DNA of 63,262 nt, filler included, from Chiloscyllium plagiosum (lineage: Eukaryota), in assembly GCF_004010195.1 (NCBI RefSeq). It is 4 parts of one record of this genome, joined end to end, with 100 filler letters (N's around TTAATTAATTAA, not from the genome) between each part and the next. Parts side by side here need not be neighbours in the genome. Positions count along the whole stretch, not along the records: positions 1 to 17,372 come from NC_057712.1; 3 more parts are not named here. One strand, written 5' to 3'. The notes beneath the pieces are model-generated. The model was not told where the DNA came from and ran no database searches. It saw only the letters and a list, made by a program, of their open reading frames with translations. This document shows, one piece after another, positions 1 through 11,880 of the stretch. The position numbers and the translations under genes are program-made. How positions within the stretch are numbered: the stretch's first letter is position 1; each line of letters starts with the position of its first letter.

Positions 1-1245
1 CCTGTTTCTGGCCACACTAGCCCGAGGAACTGGAAGCAAACCGGAGATAACCACCCTGGACGTCCTGCTTTTCAGCCTTCTTCCTAGTTTTCCGAAGTCC
101 CGCTGTAGTATGTTCCTCCTCTTCTTCCTGACATCATTTGTGCCGACATATACCACGACCTCTGGATCTTCACCTTCGCCCTTGAGGATTTCCTGCATTC
201 TGTCTGCGAAACCTTAATCCTGGCACCAGGAAGGCAACACACCATCCTTAAATCCTGCCTGTTGCCACAGAAACCCCGTTCAGTTCCTCTCACTATGGAG
301 TCCCCTATCACCACGGCTTTGGGCGATGTCTGACTCCTCGGCTCTGCCTCCACGCCAACTTTTGATCGACAGACCTGACCACCTCGCGGACTAGCAGTGT
401 CGTCTGTCTCTACTGTTTCCAAAAGATTCAACTTGTTCCTGACAGGTACTTCCCCCCTGGTCTCTTGCACCTGTCTCCTCTCTGCCTTCCTCATCGTCTG
501 CTCTCTTCTGCTCTCTTCTGGTATGATCGGTGTAATAACCTCGCTGAAGGTCCTGTCCAGAAAGATCTCGTTCTCTTGGATGAGCCTAAGGTCCTCGAGT
601 TCTTTCTTCAGTGCTGCGATATGCTCTGTCAGTAGCTGAAAGTGAACACACTTTCCACAAATATACGAACCAGATACACTAGAGTCTTTGACCTCCCACA
701 TCATGCACGTAGCACACTGAATCAGCTGGGCAGTCATGTCTTCACCCTCTTCAACTGTGGCGTAATCACTTCTTCAGTGCTGCGATATGCTCTGTCAGTA
801 GCTGAACGTGAACACACTTTCCACAGATATACGAACCAGATACACCAGAGTCTTTGACCTCCCACATCATGCACGTAGCACACTGAATCAGCTGGGCAGT
901 CATGTCTTCACCCTCTTCAACTGTGGCGTAATCACTTCACTCAACCTCCTTGTCGAAGACTCCTGAGCTAAAGACTCTCTCTTCTCTCAACAGGTACTTT
1001 CCTGGACTCTCTTTTTGGGGCAAGTCTATGGACTTTAAAGTTAGGTTAGAGGAGGAGGGTGGGAGGGAGGCCCTACTTTGTAGGACCTGGGGTCTAGAAC
1101 ACACCCACTCAAATAACAATCACTTACCTTCCCAACTGGCTCTGAGCTCCGACTTCATTTCCACCCAGCTCCCGCCGCTCTCTGCTGCAAAAAGACCGTT
1201 GGCATCGAGGCAAGTTCTTAAATAACCTTCCCAACTGGCTCTGCT
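1..1245 (-). mobile_element. 5' portion of a CR1-clade LINE (5'UTR + ORF1 zinc finger/esterase), frameshifted, inserted into L1 ORF2; continues beyond window start
   Basis: ORF 84..737 has N-terminal CxxC-x(n)-CxxC (CATC...CGKC), a coiled coil, then SGNH-esterase motifs VVIGDSIVRG and VCCLPGARI, typical of CR1 ORF1. L1 ORF2 reading (NLFHYFQV) breaks at about 1245. Confidence 0.85.
604..938. repeat. 166-bp tandem duplication covering CR1 ORF1 start codon and zinc finger
   Basis: 604-772 and 770-938 are identical apart from about 3 substitutions. Confidence 0.95.
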
Positions 1246-4200
1246 AACCTGAAAGTAATGAAAGAGATTCCTCCTAGATAACTCATATTTCTGACTCAGC
1301 TGCTTGAAAGACATCATGACCTCCCCTTCAAATAAATCTCCCAAACAGGAAATTCCTCTGGACTCCCAGAGCCTAAAGCCAGAATTTATTCATCCCGGCC
1401 GGAATCCTGGCATTCTGACTATGGGAGTAAAAGGGGAAGTTTTTTGTAAATTGCTCTCACTTTGTCGCACCGTTCTCTATGCTTTAACTGTGTTAAGGAC
1501 AATTGGATTTCTGCAATGGTCCATAACAATGGTCCTCAACTTGTGCATGAACAACAGATTAATGAGGGGACATTTTGCCTGGGCGGCCTTGATATCCAGC
1601 CAAGTTGTCCATGGGTCCTGGCAAGCCCAATCAGCCACATAGGATAGTAGGGAACTGAGTTGGTCTTTCTTAAAGTCTGAAAAATATACAATCTCCATCC
1701 CCTGCGAAAGCTGCAATTTAGCAAGCTTAATAAGAGGCCTCCTGTGATGCCAGATTAAAGAACCGAGCCAACTTTAAGCCTCCGTAGCGCCTGCCTGGGC
1801 AACATCAAAGGGAGCATTCACATGGGATATAATAAACAAGGAAGAGCATTCATTTTAACCAAAGCTATTCGACCCAATCAGGATATCAGAAGATCCTCCC
1901 AGCGCCAAAGTTCCTGTCTGACCTTCTCTAGCAACTGCAAAAAGTTAGCTTTATATAATTGATCGACGGCCAGGGTGATAAAATACAAGAAACTTCCCTG
2001 TGACCATCTGAAAGGGACTTGGATTCCACTCCCAAGATCAGGTACTCAAGTAAGACCTCTGACCGGCATGGTCTCTGATTTTATAAAATTGATTTTGTAT
2101 CCTGAGAAGGAGCCAAATAAATTAACCAACTGTATTAAATGGGGCACAGGTATTATCGGGTTAGTTAGAAAGAGAAGAACATCATCTGTGTAAAGGTTGA
2201 TCTTATGCCTACCTGACCCCACCTCCTGGGCAGTTATATTTGGGTCCCTCCGGATGGCCTCCGCCAACGACTCAATCCCCAATGTAAATAGCAACGGTGA
2301 GAAGGGGCACCCTTGTCAGCTGCCTCTGCCAATACTAAAATTGTCCGACCTTATACCATTAGTGAGAACCGCTTCTTCCGGGTCACTATTTAACACTACC
2401 ACCCAGCAGGCAAAAACCCCTCCAAGGCCAAACCGTTCCAGGACATAAAAGAGGTACGGCCATTCCACCCAGTCAAATGCTTTCTCTGCATCCAGGGAGA
2501 CTACCAAGCCCGGAATTGACCTTTGCTGGCATATTTGGACCATATTTAGCTCTCTCCTAATATTATTAGAGGACCTGTAACCCTAATAAAACCAGTCTGG
2601 CCTTCCTTTACCATAGAGGGCAAAACCTTTTCAAGCCTCAACACCAGCATTTTCGACAAAAGTTTCAAGTCCATGTTTAATCATGCTATGGGCCTTTATA
2701 AAGTGCAATCCTCTGGGGCTTTCCCTCTCTTGAGAATAAAAGAAATATTTGCTTCTCTCAGAGAGGATGGGAGGCAGTCCTGATTGTACGGGTAATTGTA
2801 CATATCCAACATTGGCCCGGCCAGCATGTCTATAAATTCCTTATAAAACTCACCCTGAAATTCATCTGGGCTGGGCACTTTACCACTCTGGAGCTGCCTC
2901 ACCGCCTCCTGTATCTCTTGGATTGTCAGAGCAGCATTCAAAAGAGATGCCTGCTCCGAAGTTACACCCGAAAGGTCCAAGGTCTTTAAAAAGGACTGCA
3001 TCTTCACCAATCTGTCCTCACAGTCCTCCGGCCGGTACAACTCAATGTAGAACTTCCTGAATGCTGCGTTAATCTTTTTGGGATTGCAGGTGATAGTACC
3101 AGCACACTCTCTAATGGATGTGATAGATTGGGGGCACTCTCTGGCCAAGTACGCCATATACCTACCCGGTTTACCACTATACTCTAATAACCTCTGTTTC
3201 GCAAAGGAAATCTCCCTCTTTGTTGTCTGGGTGAGAACAGCATTCAAAGCAGCCCTGAGGGCTGTAATCCTCTGCAACTTAGTTATAGATGGTTTGTCAA
3301 AATATGCTGTCTCAGCTGCCTTCAGCTGAGCCTCAAGCATACGCTGCTGCTCTCCCTTCTGCTGCTTCCAAGTCTCCAAGTAAGAAATAATCAAATCCCT
3401 TGCAGAGGCATTGGCAGTGTCCCAGAGCACTGATGGATTACTGGTCGTACCTGAACTAATGACCCAAAAAATTTTAAATTCCCATGAAAAATACTCAATA
3501 AACTTGCTATCTTTCAGGAGGAAAGGATCCATTCACCAATGCCGTGAACCTGTCCCATCATCATCGACCTTAATCTCCAGGTACACGGCTGCATGATCAG
3601 AAATGGCTATGTTCCCAATTCTGCAGGTTAGCACCGAATCCAAAAATGCCGATGGGCAAAAAAGCATGCCAATCCTAGTATCGCACTTGTGTGGATTAGA
3701 GAAGAAGGTGAAGTCCCTACTGTCAGGGTGAAGACATCTCCACACATCCACCAACCCCAGCTCCCTGTTCAGGTCCACCAGCTGCCTGAATTGTGGGGAT
3801 ATACCCGTGAGACCCCTAGGCATCCTATCCACCTCGGGGTCAATAAGTCAGTTAAAGACTCCCTCTATAATTGTATGATGTGCCCCAAGGGCCATCAACC
3901 TAGAGAGCGCATCCGTTAAAAATTTGAGGGGGTGTGCCGGGAGGCAATATACATTTAAGATCCCATTTTCCTCTCCATGTATTAAAGCTTTAAGGATCAG
4001 AAACTGCCCACATTCATCCTTAATTTAGTCTAACAACTGAAATGGAAGATTCTTCTGGGTGAGTATAGCTACTCCTCTATTTTTTGAATTAAAGGATGAA
4101 AAAAACACCTGGCCGGACCGTCCCTGCTGCATCGCTAAGTGCTCCTTATCGGTTAAATGTGTTTCTTGCAGCAAGGCCACATCAACCCTTTCCTTCCCAA

Positions 4201-5902
4201 GGCTTGGAAGTATCTTTTTTCTCTTAATCCGTGAATGACTCCCCTTAACGATCCAGGTGCACCATTTAAATGACTGGGTAGCCATAGCCATCCAAAGCAA
4301 CCAGTGACTCCCAAGGAGGAGAACCCCATTTATAGCACCCCAAGTGAAAACAGTAAACAGTTCGTATAAACTTGAAAACACAACTACATAAACTGCCAAA
4401 TCAAAACTTCCAACAACTACTTCTACAATGAGCCAACATATAACACAACTCAGAGGAAACTTTCCCCCTTGTTCACAGGGGACGCTCATACTACCCACAA
4501 ACCCCTCCATGGCTCCTTGTAGCTGAAGCCACACACCAAACGCAGACAAAACAAAGTACAAAAAAGTTACACGGTTCTTACAACAAGAAAGTTAAAAGTG
4601 GCCAGTTAACCCATCACAGCCATTGTTTGACCCTAGACAATCCTGGTGAAAATAAAGGAAGACGACCACCCCCTGCTCCCCCCTCCCCTTACTAAGAAAG
4701 AGAAATGATAGTAAAACAAAGGCTAATGGGAGGGGAAAAGGAAGGGAGAGGAGAGCGAAAGAGACAGAAGGAAAAGAAAAAGGGAGTCTCCCCACATATT
4801 AGAAAGACAAAACCAGGTAAACCAGGCAACCTACAGAAAAAAAACCAAAGCGAACATGATTGTCCATATCATTTGAGCCAGCCAGTCTATTTTAAGATGT
4901 CCAGGAAGTCTTTTGTCTTTTCTGATTAATCAAAATTAAGCACAGACTCTCTGTGGCTGAAATGTAATATTGCCAGATATCTTAGAGAGTACTGAATATT
5001 CAAGTCCCTCAGCCTCCTTTTTACCTCATCAAAGGCCTTTCTCTTATGGATCACGGCCACAAAAAAGTCTTGAAAGAACATAATTCTTGATCCTTTATAT
5101 ATCAGAGCTTGTGGATCCTTCCCCAGTGCTCTAGAAGCTTCCATCACCATTTGCTTGTCTCTATAGTGCTGGAGTCGCACTAGGACCAGGCAGGGCCACT
5201 GGTCCGACCCAGGCCTGCGCACTGTGACCTGGTGGGCGCACTTGACCCGCACCTGGTCCGCCACGACTTCCAGCTCAAAGACTGCGGGAGCCATTGCTCC
5301 AAGAAGCTGACCAGCTGGCCTTCCTCTTCCCGCTCCGACAGCCCGACCAGGCAGATATTCTTCCAATGGCCTAGATTTTTGAGGTTGTCGACCTGCTCGG
5401 CTAAGGCCTGTACCTGCCTTCCCAGGGCCTGGACCGGGCCCTCCGAAGATTTCAGAAGCCGTGGCCCGCTGCTCCACCTCCACGATGTACCGCCTGAGGA
5501 TCGCAACAAGCGATCTGCAACATGGCCGAGATCGGTTTCAGCCTGGTCCAGATCGCCTCCATTGCTGAATCGATCTTCTCTCAGAGTTTTACGAGTTGCG
5601 AGACCAGGCTCTGCTCCACAGGTAATCCCCCGGGAGCGTTCGCGGAGGCCGATGCCACAGCCGTGGTCATGTCCAGTGCTGCAGGGGAGTGCCCTGCTTG
5701 TTGCGATCCTTGTGGTCCTTTTCCCTTAGTCATTCTTTTTTCCCTTCCTCTGAAAAAACCACTGAAATTAATAAATAGCAATTCTAGATTCTAGAACCAG
5801 TGAATTGCACCACAAAGGGAGGGCGAATACATCACTTTGTCTGGGTTTTTGGGCAGAGACCAGTAGGGCAGACCTACTGGATCGCCGCCATCTTGGATCT
5901 CC
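1246..5902 (-). mobile_element. L1-clade LINE with intact 5' end, ORF1 and ORF2 (APE + RT), decayed by stops/frameshifts
   Basis: ORF1 from ATG 5733 (MTKGKG...; VRLQHYRDK...IMFFQDF...KRKAFDEVKRRL). ORF2 from ATG 4285 with APE motifs (ALLQETHL, NRGVAIL, AISDH) and RT motifs (SLDAEKAFD, QGCP, LYTDD). 5' end reads GGAGATCCAAGATGGCGGCG. Confidence 0.9.
5884..5896 (-). promoter_or_regulatory. YY1-type motif at L1 5' terminus (internal promoter element)
   Basis: Minus strand CCAAGATGGCGGC matches the YY1 consensus and sits at the same position as the YY1 site of mammalian L1 5'UTRs. Confidence 0.6.
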
Positions 5903-6620
5903 AGATATTCAATCTTTAGTAAGGACAGACAAAATGGGAAAGGAGGTGGAGTGATATTAGTTTGTAAAAGAGAAAATCAGTGCAATAGTGAAAAAGGACA
6001 CCGGTGCAGGAAATTTAGATGTCAAATCAGTCTGAGTGGGGCCAAGAAGCAACAATGGTCAGAAAACATTAGTGGGAGTTGTCTAAATGTCTTCAAACTG
6101 TAATAGTGAGGTAGATGATAGCATTAAACAGGTAATTAGAGATGTACGCAACAAGGAATCTACAGTAATCATGGGTATTTTTAATCTATATATAGACTGA
6201 GTAAACCATATTTGCATTAATACTGTAGCAAATGAATTCCTGGAATGCATATAAGATAGAATTTAGACCAATACATTGAGGAACCAACGTGGCAGAAAGC
6301 TATCTTAGAGTTAGTTTTGTTAATTAATAATCTTATTTTGAGAGGTCCTTTAGGAAAAAGTAACCATCGGATGGTAGGGTTCTTCATTGGGATTGAAACT
6401 GAAAATAGTCCAGTACAAAATTAAGAAGCTAAATCAGAACAAAGGAAATTACGATAGTATAAGAGGTGAAATAGCTGTGACAGACTGGGTTACTTCATCA
6501 AAAGCTATGACAATGGACAGGCAATGTTCAATATTTAAGGAATAAATGCATGCATTGTAGCACTTACATATTCCTTTTAGGTGAAAGAGCACAACAGAAA
6601 AAGTGGCTCAACTGTGGTTA
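5903..6620 (+). mobile_element. Old CR1 ORF2 endonuclease fragment (host of the L1 insertion)
   Basis: Degenerate translation YSIFSKDRQNGKGGGV, VIMG.FN, QYIEEPT..AIL.LV. Confidence 0.75.
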
Positions 6621-7170
6621 ATTGATTCTCAATCTGTGCCAATGAATTACCACCAATCCATGTCCTTCGATCTTACACAATGACTTTTTATGTGGGAGTT
6701 AATCAAAAGCTTTCTGAGAATCCAAACACACCACCTTCACTGGCTCTTCGACATTTATTCTACCAGTTACATCCTCAAAAACTCCAGCAGGTTTGTCAAA
6801 CATGATTTACCAATCGTAAATTCTTATTTACTTTGTGTAATCTTATTGTTTTTTGTAATTACAGGTATCCTGTTTATAATAGACTCCAGCAATTTCTCTA
6901 ATCCTGATATTAGGCTAACTAGTCTGTGATTCCCAGTATTCTCTCTTGCTGCTCTTTTAAACAATGGGGTTACATTTGTGACACTTCAATCTCCCAGAAT
7001 GTTACAACATCTACAGACTTTTGGAAAATGGCAAACAATGCATCTATTATTTCCATTGCCACTTCCTTTAGTACAGTGGGATATGGATGATCAGTTTGCA
7101 GTCCCAATTATTTTACCAGTACTTTCGTTTTGCTACTTTCCTTCAATATTTCCTTCCCAAAGGACCCTTA
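6621..7170 (-). mobile_element. Old CR1 RT fragment, resuming at about 8420-8575 after nested insertions
   Basis: Minus strand encodes TNLLEFFEDVT...DFQKAF and RLVSL-like motifs. Confidence 0.65.
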
Positions 7171-7323
7171 CTTCCCTAGCACTTCATAGAATGACAGTAT
7201 TACGCTGCAGAAGCAGGCCATTCAGCCCCTTTTGCCTGCACCAGCTTGTTAAATGAGCATCACTTGATTAGTGGTGCTGGAAGAGCACAGCAGTTCAGGC
7301 AGCATCCAAGGACCTTCGAAATC

Positions 7324-7351
7324 GACATTTCGGGCAAAAACCCTTCATCAG
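7324..7351 (-). ncRNA. Minimal hammerhead ribozyme core (PLE pseudo-LTR)
   Basis: CTGATGA-A-GGGT-TTTT-GCCC-GAAA-T-GTC on the minus strand. Confidence 0.7.
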
Positions 7352-8220
7352 GAATAAAGGCAGTGAGTCTGAAGCATGGAGAGATAAGCTAGAGGAGGGT
7401 GGGAGTGGGGAGAAAGTAGCATAAAGTACAATGGGTGAGTGGGGGAGGGGATGAAGGTGATAGGTCAGGGAGGAGAGGGTGGAGTGGATAGGTGGAAAAG
7501 GAGATAGGCAGGTAGGACAAGCCCGGACAAGTCATGGGGACAGTGCTGAGCTGGAAGTTTGGAACTAGGGTGAGGTGGGGGAAGGGGAAATGAGGAAACT
7601 GTTGAAGTCCACATTGATGCCCTGGGATTGAAGTGTTCCGAGGCGGAAGATGAGGCATTCTTCCTCCAGGCGTCTGGTGGNNNNNNNNNNNNNNNNNNNN
7701 NNNNNNNNNNNNNNNNNNNNNNNNNNNNNNNNNNNNNNNNNNNNNNNNNNNNNNNNNNNNNNNNNNNNNNNNNNNNNNNNNNNNNNNNNNNNNNNNNNNN
7801 NNNNNNNNNNNNNNNNNNNNNNNNNNNNNNNNNNNNNNNNNNNNNNNNNNNNNNNNNNNNNNNNNNNNNNNNNNNNNNNNNNNNNNNNNNNNNNNNNNNN
7901 NNNNNNNNNNNNNNNNNNNNNNNNNNNNNNNNNNNNNNNNNNNNNNNNNNNNNNNNNNNNNNNNNNNNNNNNNNNNNNNNNNNNNNNNNNNNNNNNNNNN
8001 NNNNNNNNNNNNNNNNNNNNNNNNNNNNNNNNNNNNNNNNNNNNNNNNNNNNNNNNNNNNNNNNNNNNNNNNNNNNNNNNNNNNNNNNNNNNNNNNNNNN
8101 NNNNNNNNNNNNNNNNNNNNNNNNNNNNNNNNNNNNNNNNNNNNNNNNNNNNNNNNNNNNNNNNNNNNNNNNNNNNNNNNNNNNNNNNNNNNNNNNNNNN
8201 NNNNNNNNNNCCCTTTATTC

Positions 8221-8248
8221 CTGATGAAGGGCTTTTGCCCGAAATGTC
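8221..8248 (+). ncRNA. Minimal hammerhead ribozyme core (PLE pseudo-LTR)
   Basis: CTGATGA-A-GGGC-TTTT-GCCC-GAAA-T-GTC. Confidence 0.75.
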
Positions 8249-8579
8249 GATTTCGAAGCTCCTTGGATGCTGCCTGAACTGCTGTGCTCTTCCAGCACCA
8301 CTAATCCAGAATCTGGTTTCCAGCATCTGCAGTCATTGTTTTTACCTAAATGAGCATCACTACTTAGTGCCAATCTCTTCTTTTTTCCCCATACCCTTGC
8401 ATATTATTTTTATCTAACTAGTTCACTTCTGGAAAGATTTTTGTATCTTCTTCTGTGAAGTCAGAACAAAACTAAGTGTTTTATTGCTCAGCTACTTCTT
8501 TGTTTTCAATAATCAATTCTCCTGTTCTACACTGTAAGGAGCTGACATTTGTCTTTACTTTGTTATCTTTTTACATACA

Positions 8580-9375
8580 GAGAAAGGCAGAGAGAGTATC
8601 ATTTAAATGGTGATAGATTGAGAGAAAGGTTGACATACAAACACGGTGAGATTGTAAACCACTGGTGTGCACAACTGCCCTGCATCACCAGTCATTGAAA
8701 GCAAGCATTCAGGGCAGGAAGCAGTTAGGAAGGCAAATGATATGTTGGGCTTCATTACAAGAGAATTTGATTACAGGAATGAAGGAGTCTAACTGCAGCA
8801 GTACAGAGTCTTGGGTGAGATCAGACCTGGAGTAATTTGTACAGTTTCGGTCTCCTCACCTAAGAAAATCTATACTTGCCATCGAGGGAGTGTAGCAAAT
8901 GTTCAGCAGGGTGATTGCTAGGATGGCAGATTTGTCGAATGAGGACAGATTGGGTCAACTAGGCCTGTACTTTCTGAAGTTTAAAAGATGAGAGGGAATC
9001 TGATTGAAAGCGTTTAACTCTGACAGAGCTGGGCAGGGATGCAGGGATGATGATTCACAAGCAAGGATGGCCCAGCACAATTGGTCATGTTTCAGGATAT
9101 GGGGTAAGCCTTTTCAAACTGAGATGAAGAAATTCTTTTCATTCAGAGGGTGTTGCGACTGTGGAATTCTCTACCACAGTCAGTTCTGGAGGCAAAGTCA
9201 CTGAATATATTTAAGAAAGAGACAAGTGGATTTTGAGAAGCTAAAGTTGTCAAGGGGTATGGGGAAAGAGTGGAAATGGGCATAGGGATGGACGTCATGA
9301 TCATGTTGAATGACAGAGTGGAATCATTGGACCAAATGGCCTGTTTCTGTTCCTATTTTCTAAGTTTTTATGTCT
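8580..9375 (+). mobile_element. CR1 3' fragment
   Basis: Degenerate LVR.DLE..VQF.SP and RV...WNSLP motifs, plus CR1 3'UTR tail (ggaccaaatggcctgtttctgttcctat). Confidence 0.75.
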
Positions 9376-9702
9376 TAGCCTGTTTTTTAGTGCACAAGGT
9401 CTTTGGTGCCTAATAAAGGGCAGCCAGTCTTGGCATCTTCGTCTTTTTTTTAGTGCAGAGGCACTTTAGCACTGAGTTACAAGTAGCCAACCTAGGTGGC
9501 CTAGCTTAGCTTTTTGTACCGATGAAGAGGCAGGTAGTTTGTGGCAGTGGGTTCACTGAAGAGTAAGCGTTTCTGTTAGATGGGGTGTGGGGGTGGTGGT
9601 GGACGTGCGGCTATATTGCACTGTGCTATGACAAGGTCAAACTGAAGCTGTGAGAGCATACAAACTGCATGTATTTTCAGTACATTTCAATGTGTGGAAA
9701 CT

Positions 9703-9982
9703 TTTTAAAAATTAGTTCACAGGACGAGGACAACATTGACTACACCAGTGTTTATTGTCCAGAGGGCAGTTAAAAGTCAGCCACATTGCTGTGGGTCTGG
9801 AGTCACATGTAGACTAGACAAAGGTGGCAGTTTCCTTCCCTAAAGAATCAAATGGGCTTTTCCACCAATGGATTTGTGGTCTTGGACTCTTATTTCCAGA
9901 TTTCTTTATTGAATTCAAATGCCACCATCACAGGATTTGAACCTAGGTCTCCAGGACATTATACCTGAGTCTCTGGATTACC
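9703..9982 (-). mobile_element. tRNA-derived SINE whose 3' tail resembles the LINE family at 26464-28380
   Basis: Minus-strand B box GGTTCAAATCC at about 9933-9943; its tail resembles 28325-28380 and 42385-42435. Confidence 0.6.
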
Positions 9983-10096
9983 AGAGAAAGTGAGATGCTG
10001 GAGATCAGAGCTGAAAATGTGTTGCTGGAAAAGCGCAGCAGGTCAGGCAGCATCCGAGGAGCAGGAGAATCGCGTTTCGGGCATGAGCCCTTCTTC
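9983..10096 (-). mobile_element. Short Penelope-derived pseudo-LTR fragment (hammerhead core truncated)
   Basis: Reverse complement of the 17753-17880 element; begins GAAGAAGGGCTCATGCCCGAAACG. Confidence 0.8.
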
Positions 10097-10825
10097 CTAG
10101 GCAAGCACCTGCCCAACTGGAGCTAGGGATAATGTTTAAGAACTAAACATGTGTCTATGGATCTTTGGACCATCAGGACCCCACATAAGAATGGGAGGCA
10201 GAAAAATTATTTTTAAGTTATTTCTCCCGAAACTATTGAGATTAAACAGTGTTTGATTCTTAATTTGACAGATAATATTGTAATTAGACTTGGATTTGAT
10301 AGTGATACAGTTATCAAGTGGAATTAGGATGTATTTCCACTCACTTCACATGTAGTATATTTGATTGGAGGAATTGAATTATATCTTTATGGATGAACCG
10401 AAGTGAAAATCTGGATATTAAAAATTTCCAAAATTTAATCTAAATTCTTTTCAACTCTCTATTCCAAACAGAGGACTGTTTGAAGGTTTGTTTAGCCAAG
10501 ACTGAAGATGCTTCATACTGAATGGAGTCTAGACCATTGTGCACTTACACTGTCAGTGGATGCCCAGCCTATGTGGCTCTGCCAAAGATGAGCACACTCT
10601 AAGTGCAGACATAGGTATTTTAGAACTGCCTTGAAATGGGCAACTTTCAGTTTCCTGCCAAGTGCTGATGAAACCTCAGATTTAATGATTCATTCTGGTT
10701 TGGTCATGTGCTTTTGCAAGCTGTCTCCAGTTGCAGGAGCAGGAAGTTGAGAATTGTTTAATTCAGCCGATGAAATGAAACAAATCTTATGGTTGGAGAG
10801 ACTGTAGAGAACAAAGAACAAATGA

Positions 10826-11170
10826 ATGGATGTGGAAATGCCCCTTCCAACTCTGTCGCCTGCTGTCCCTGCCTTTGTGAAGCTGGGGTTGACTGTTGCT
10901 TACACTGCCTTTTACTCATTACTTTTTATTTTTGTGTATGTACAGCTCTGGCTTATTCTGCACTACAAACACAAAAGGTTTAGTTACCAGACGGTATTCC
11001 TCTTTCTCTGCCTGCTCTGGGCAGCTCTCAGAACTATCCTTTTCTCATTTTACTTCAAAGATTTTGTGCTGGCTAACTCATTTGGCCCCTTTGTTTTCTG
11101 GCTACTTTACTGTTTCCCAGTTTGCCTCCAGTTCTTCACCTTAAGTCTGATGAATCTATACTTCACTCAG
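10826..11170 (+). CDS. GPR137B: First coding exon of GPR137-family lysosomal multi-pass membrane protein, best resembling GPR137B (TM7SF1)
   Basis: 115 codons: [17 protein letters not shown]...[39 protein letters not shown], ending at a phase-0 donor CAG|GTGAGT at the position I recall for exon 1 of human GPR137B. Family is certain; paralog assignment is less so. Later exons not found by eye. Confidence 0.85.
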
Positions 11171-11516
11171 GTGAGTACTGATGTCTTTGTTTTCTTGCCT
11201 ACAAAAGATTGCCAGTTGTTAAAATGGATGCCTTTCTGTAGAAATATGTTTTTAAAGGTTTGTTTTCTAAAATTGGTCTGTTGAGTGGGAAGAAATTAAA
11301 GTTGTTTTTCAAATACATTTTCTCTCTTTCTCATGACATTTCAAAAACTGTCTCGCTCCTGTGAATCAGTTTGTGAGAAGGTTTGTAACTGATCAAGAGA
11401 CTATAGGCATACAATGAGCAGTGTAACTGGTCTCACTGTGTCGGAGACTACAGGTTAAATCGCGAGGCCCACAAAATTTGTGCAACATGAGTTGGTGTCT
11501 GAAGAAAGTTTGCACT

Positions 11517-11880
11517 TCAATAGCGCCTTTCACAACACTTCCATAACACTGTGTAGTAAATTAAGCTCTTTTGAAAACAGTTACTGTAGTAATGTTGGAA
11601 ATAATGAAGCCAATTTGTGAAGCTCCCACAAACGGCAATGAAATAAATGACCGGATTCTGATTGAGTGCCACCAAGAGAGTTAACCTTCTGACTGCAAAT
11701 AATTCCATGGGATCTTTTGCCAGACAGGACATGCAGAACATATGTTTAACGCCCCATCTAAAATATGGCACTTCCATTATAGTGCAGTGGAATAACAGTC
11801 TTGATTATGCTCTGACGTTTCTGGAGTAGGTGTTCAATAATTTTCCAACACAAAGGCCTGACTGATGCCATGAGCTGCAA
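11517..11880 (-). mobile_element. Deu-domain SINE (SacSINE1/AmnSINE1-like), degenerate
   Basis: Minus strand GTGCCATATTTTAGATGGGGCGTTAAAC...AAAAGATCCCATGG resembles the Deu domain; similar copy at 45063-45420. Confidence 0.65.

Larger units (their letters stand above)
7265..8346 (-). mobile_element. Penelope-like element: GIY-YIG C-terminus + pseudo-LTR, with inverted pseudo-LTR copy beyond an N-gap
   Basis: Minus translation TRRLEEECLIFRLGTLQSQGINVDFNSF (PLE GIY-YIG tail). 7266-7360 is the reverse complement of 8212-8306. 15-bp TSD TAAATGAGCATCACT at 7250-7264 and 8347-8361. Confidence 0.85.

Noticed and set aside
7565..8417. Long ORFs in the track at 7565-8417, 18773-19463 and 32000-32681
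   Set aside because: Their length comes from N-runs translated as X.
11171..11284. C-terminal 37 aa of the 152-aa ORF
   Set aside because: Read-through past the GTGAGT donor into intron; homology ends at FTQ.
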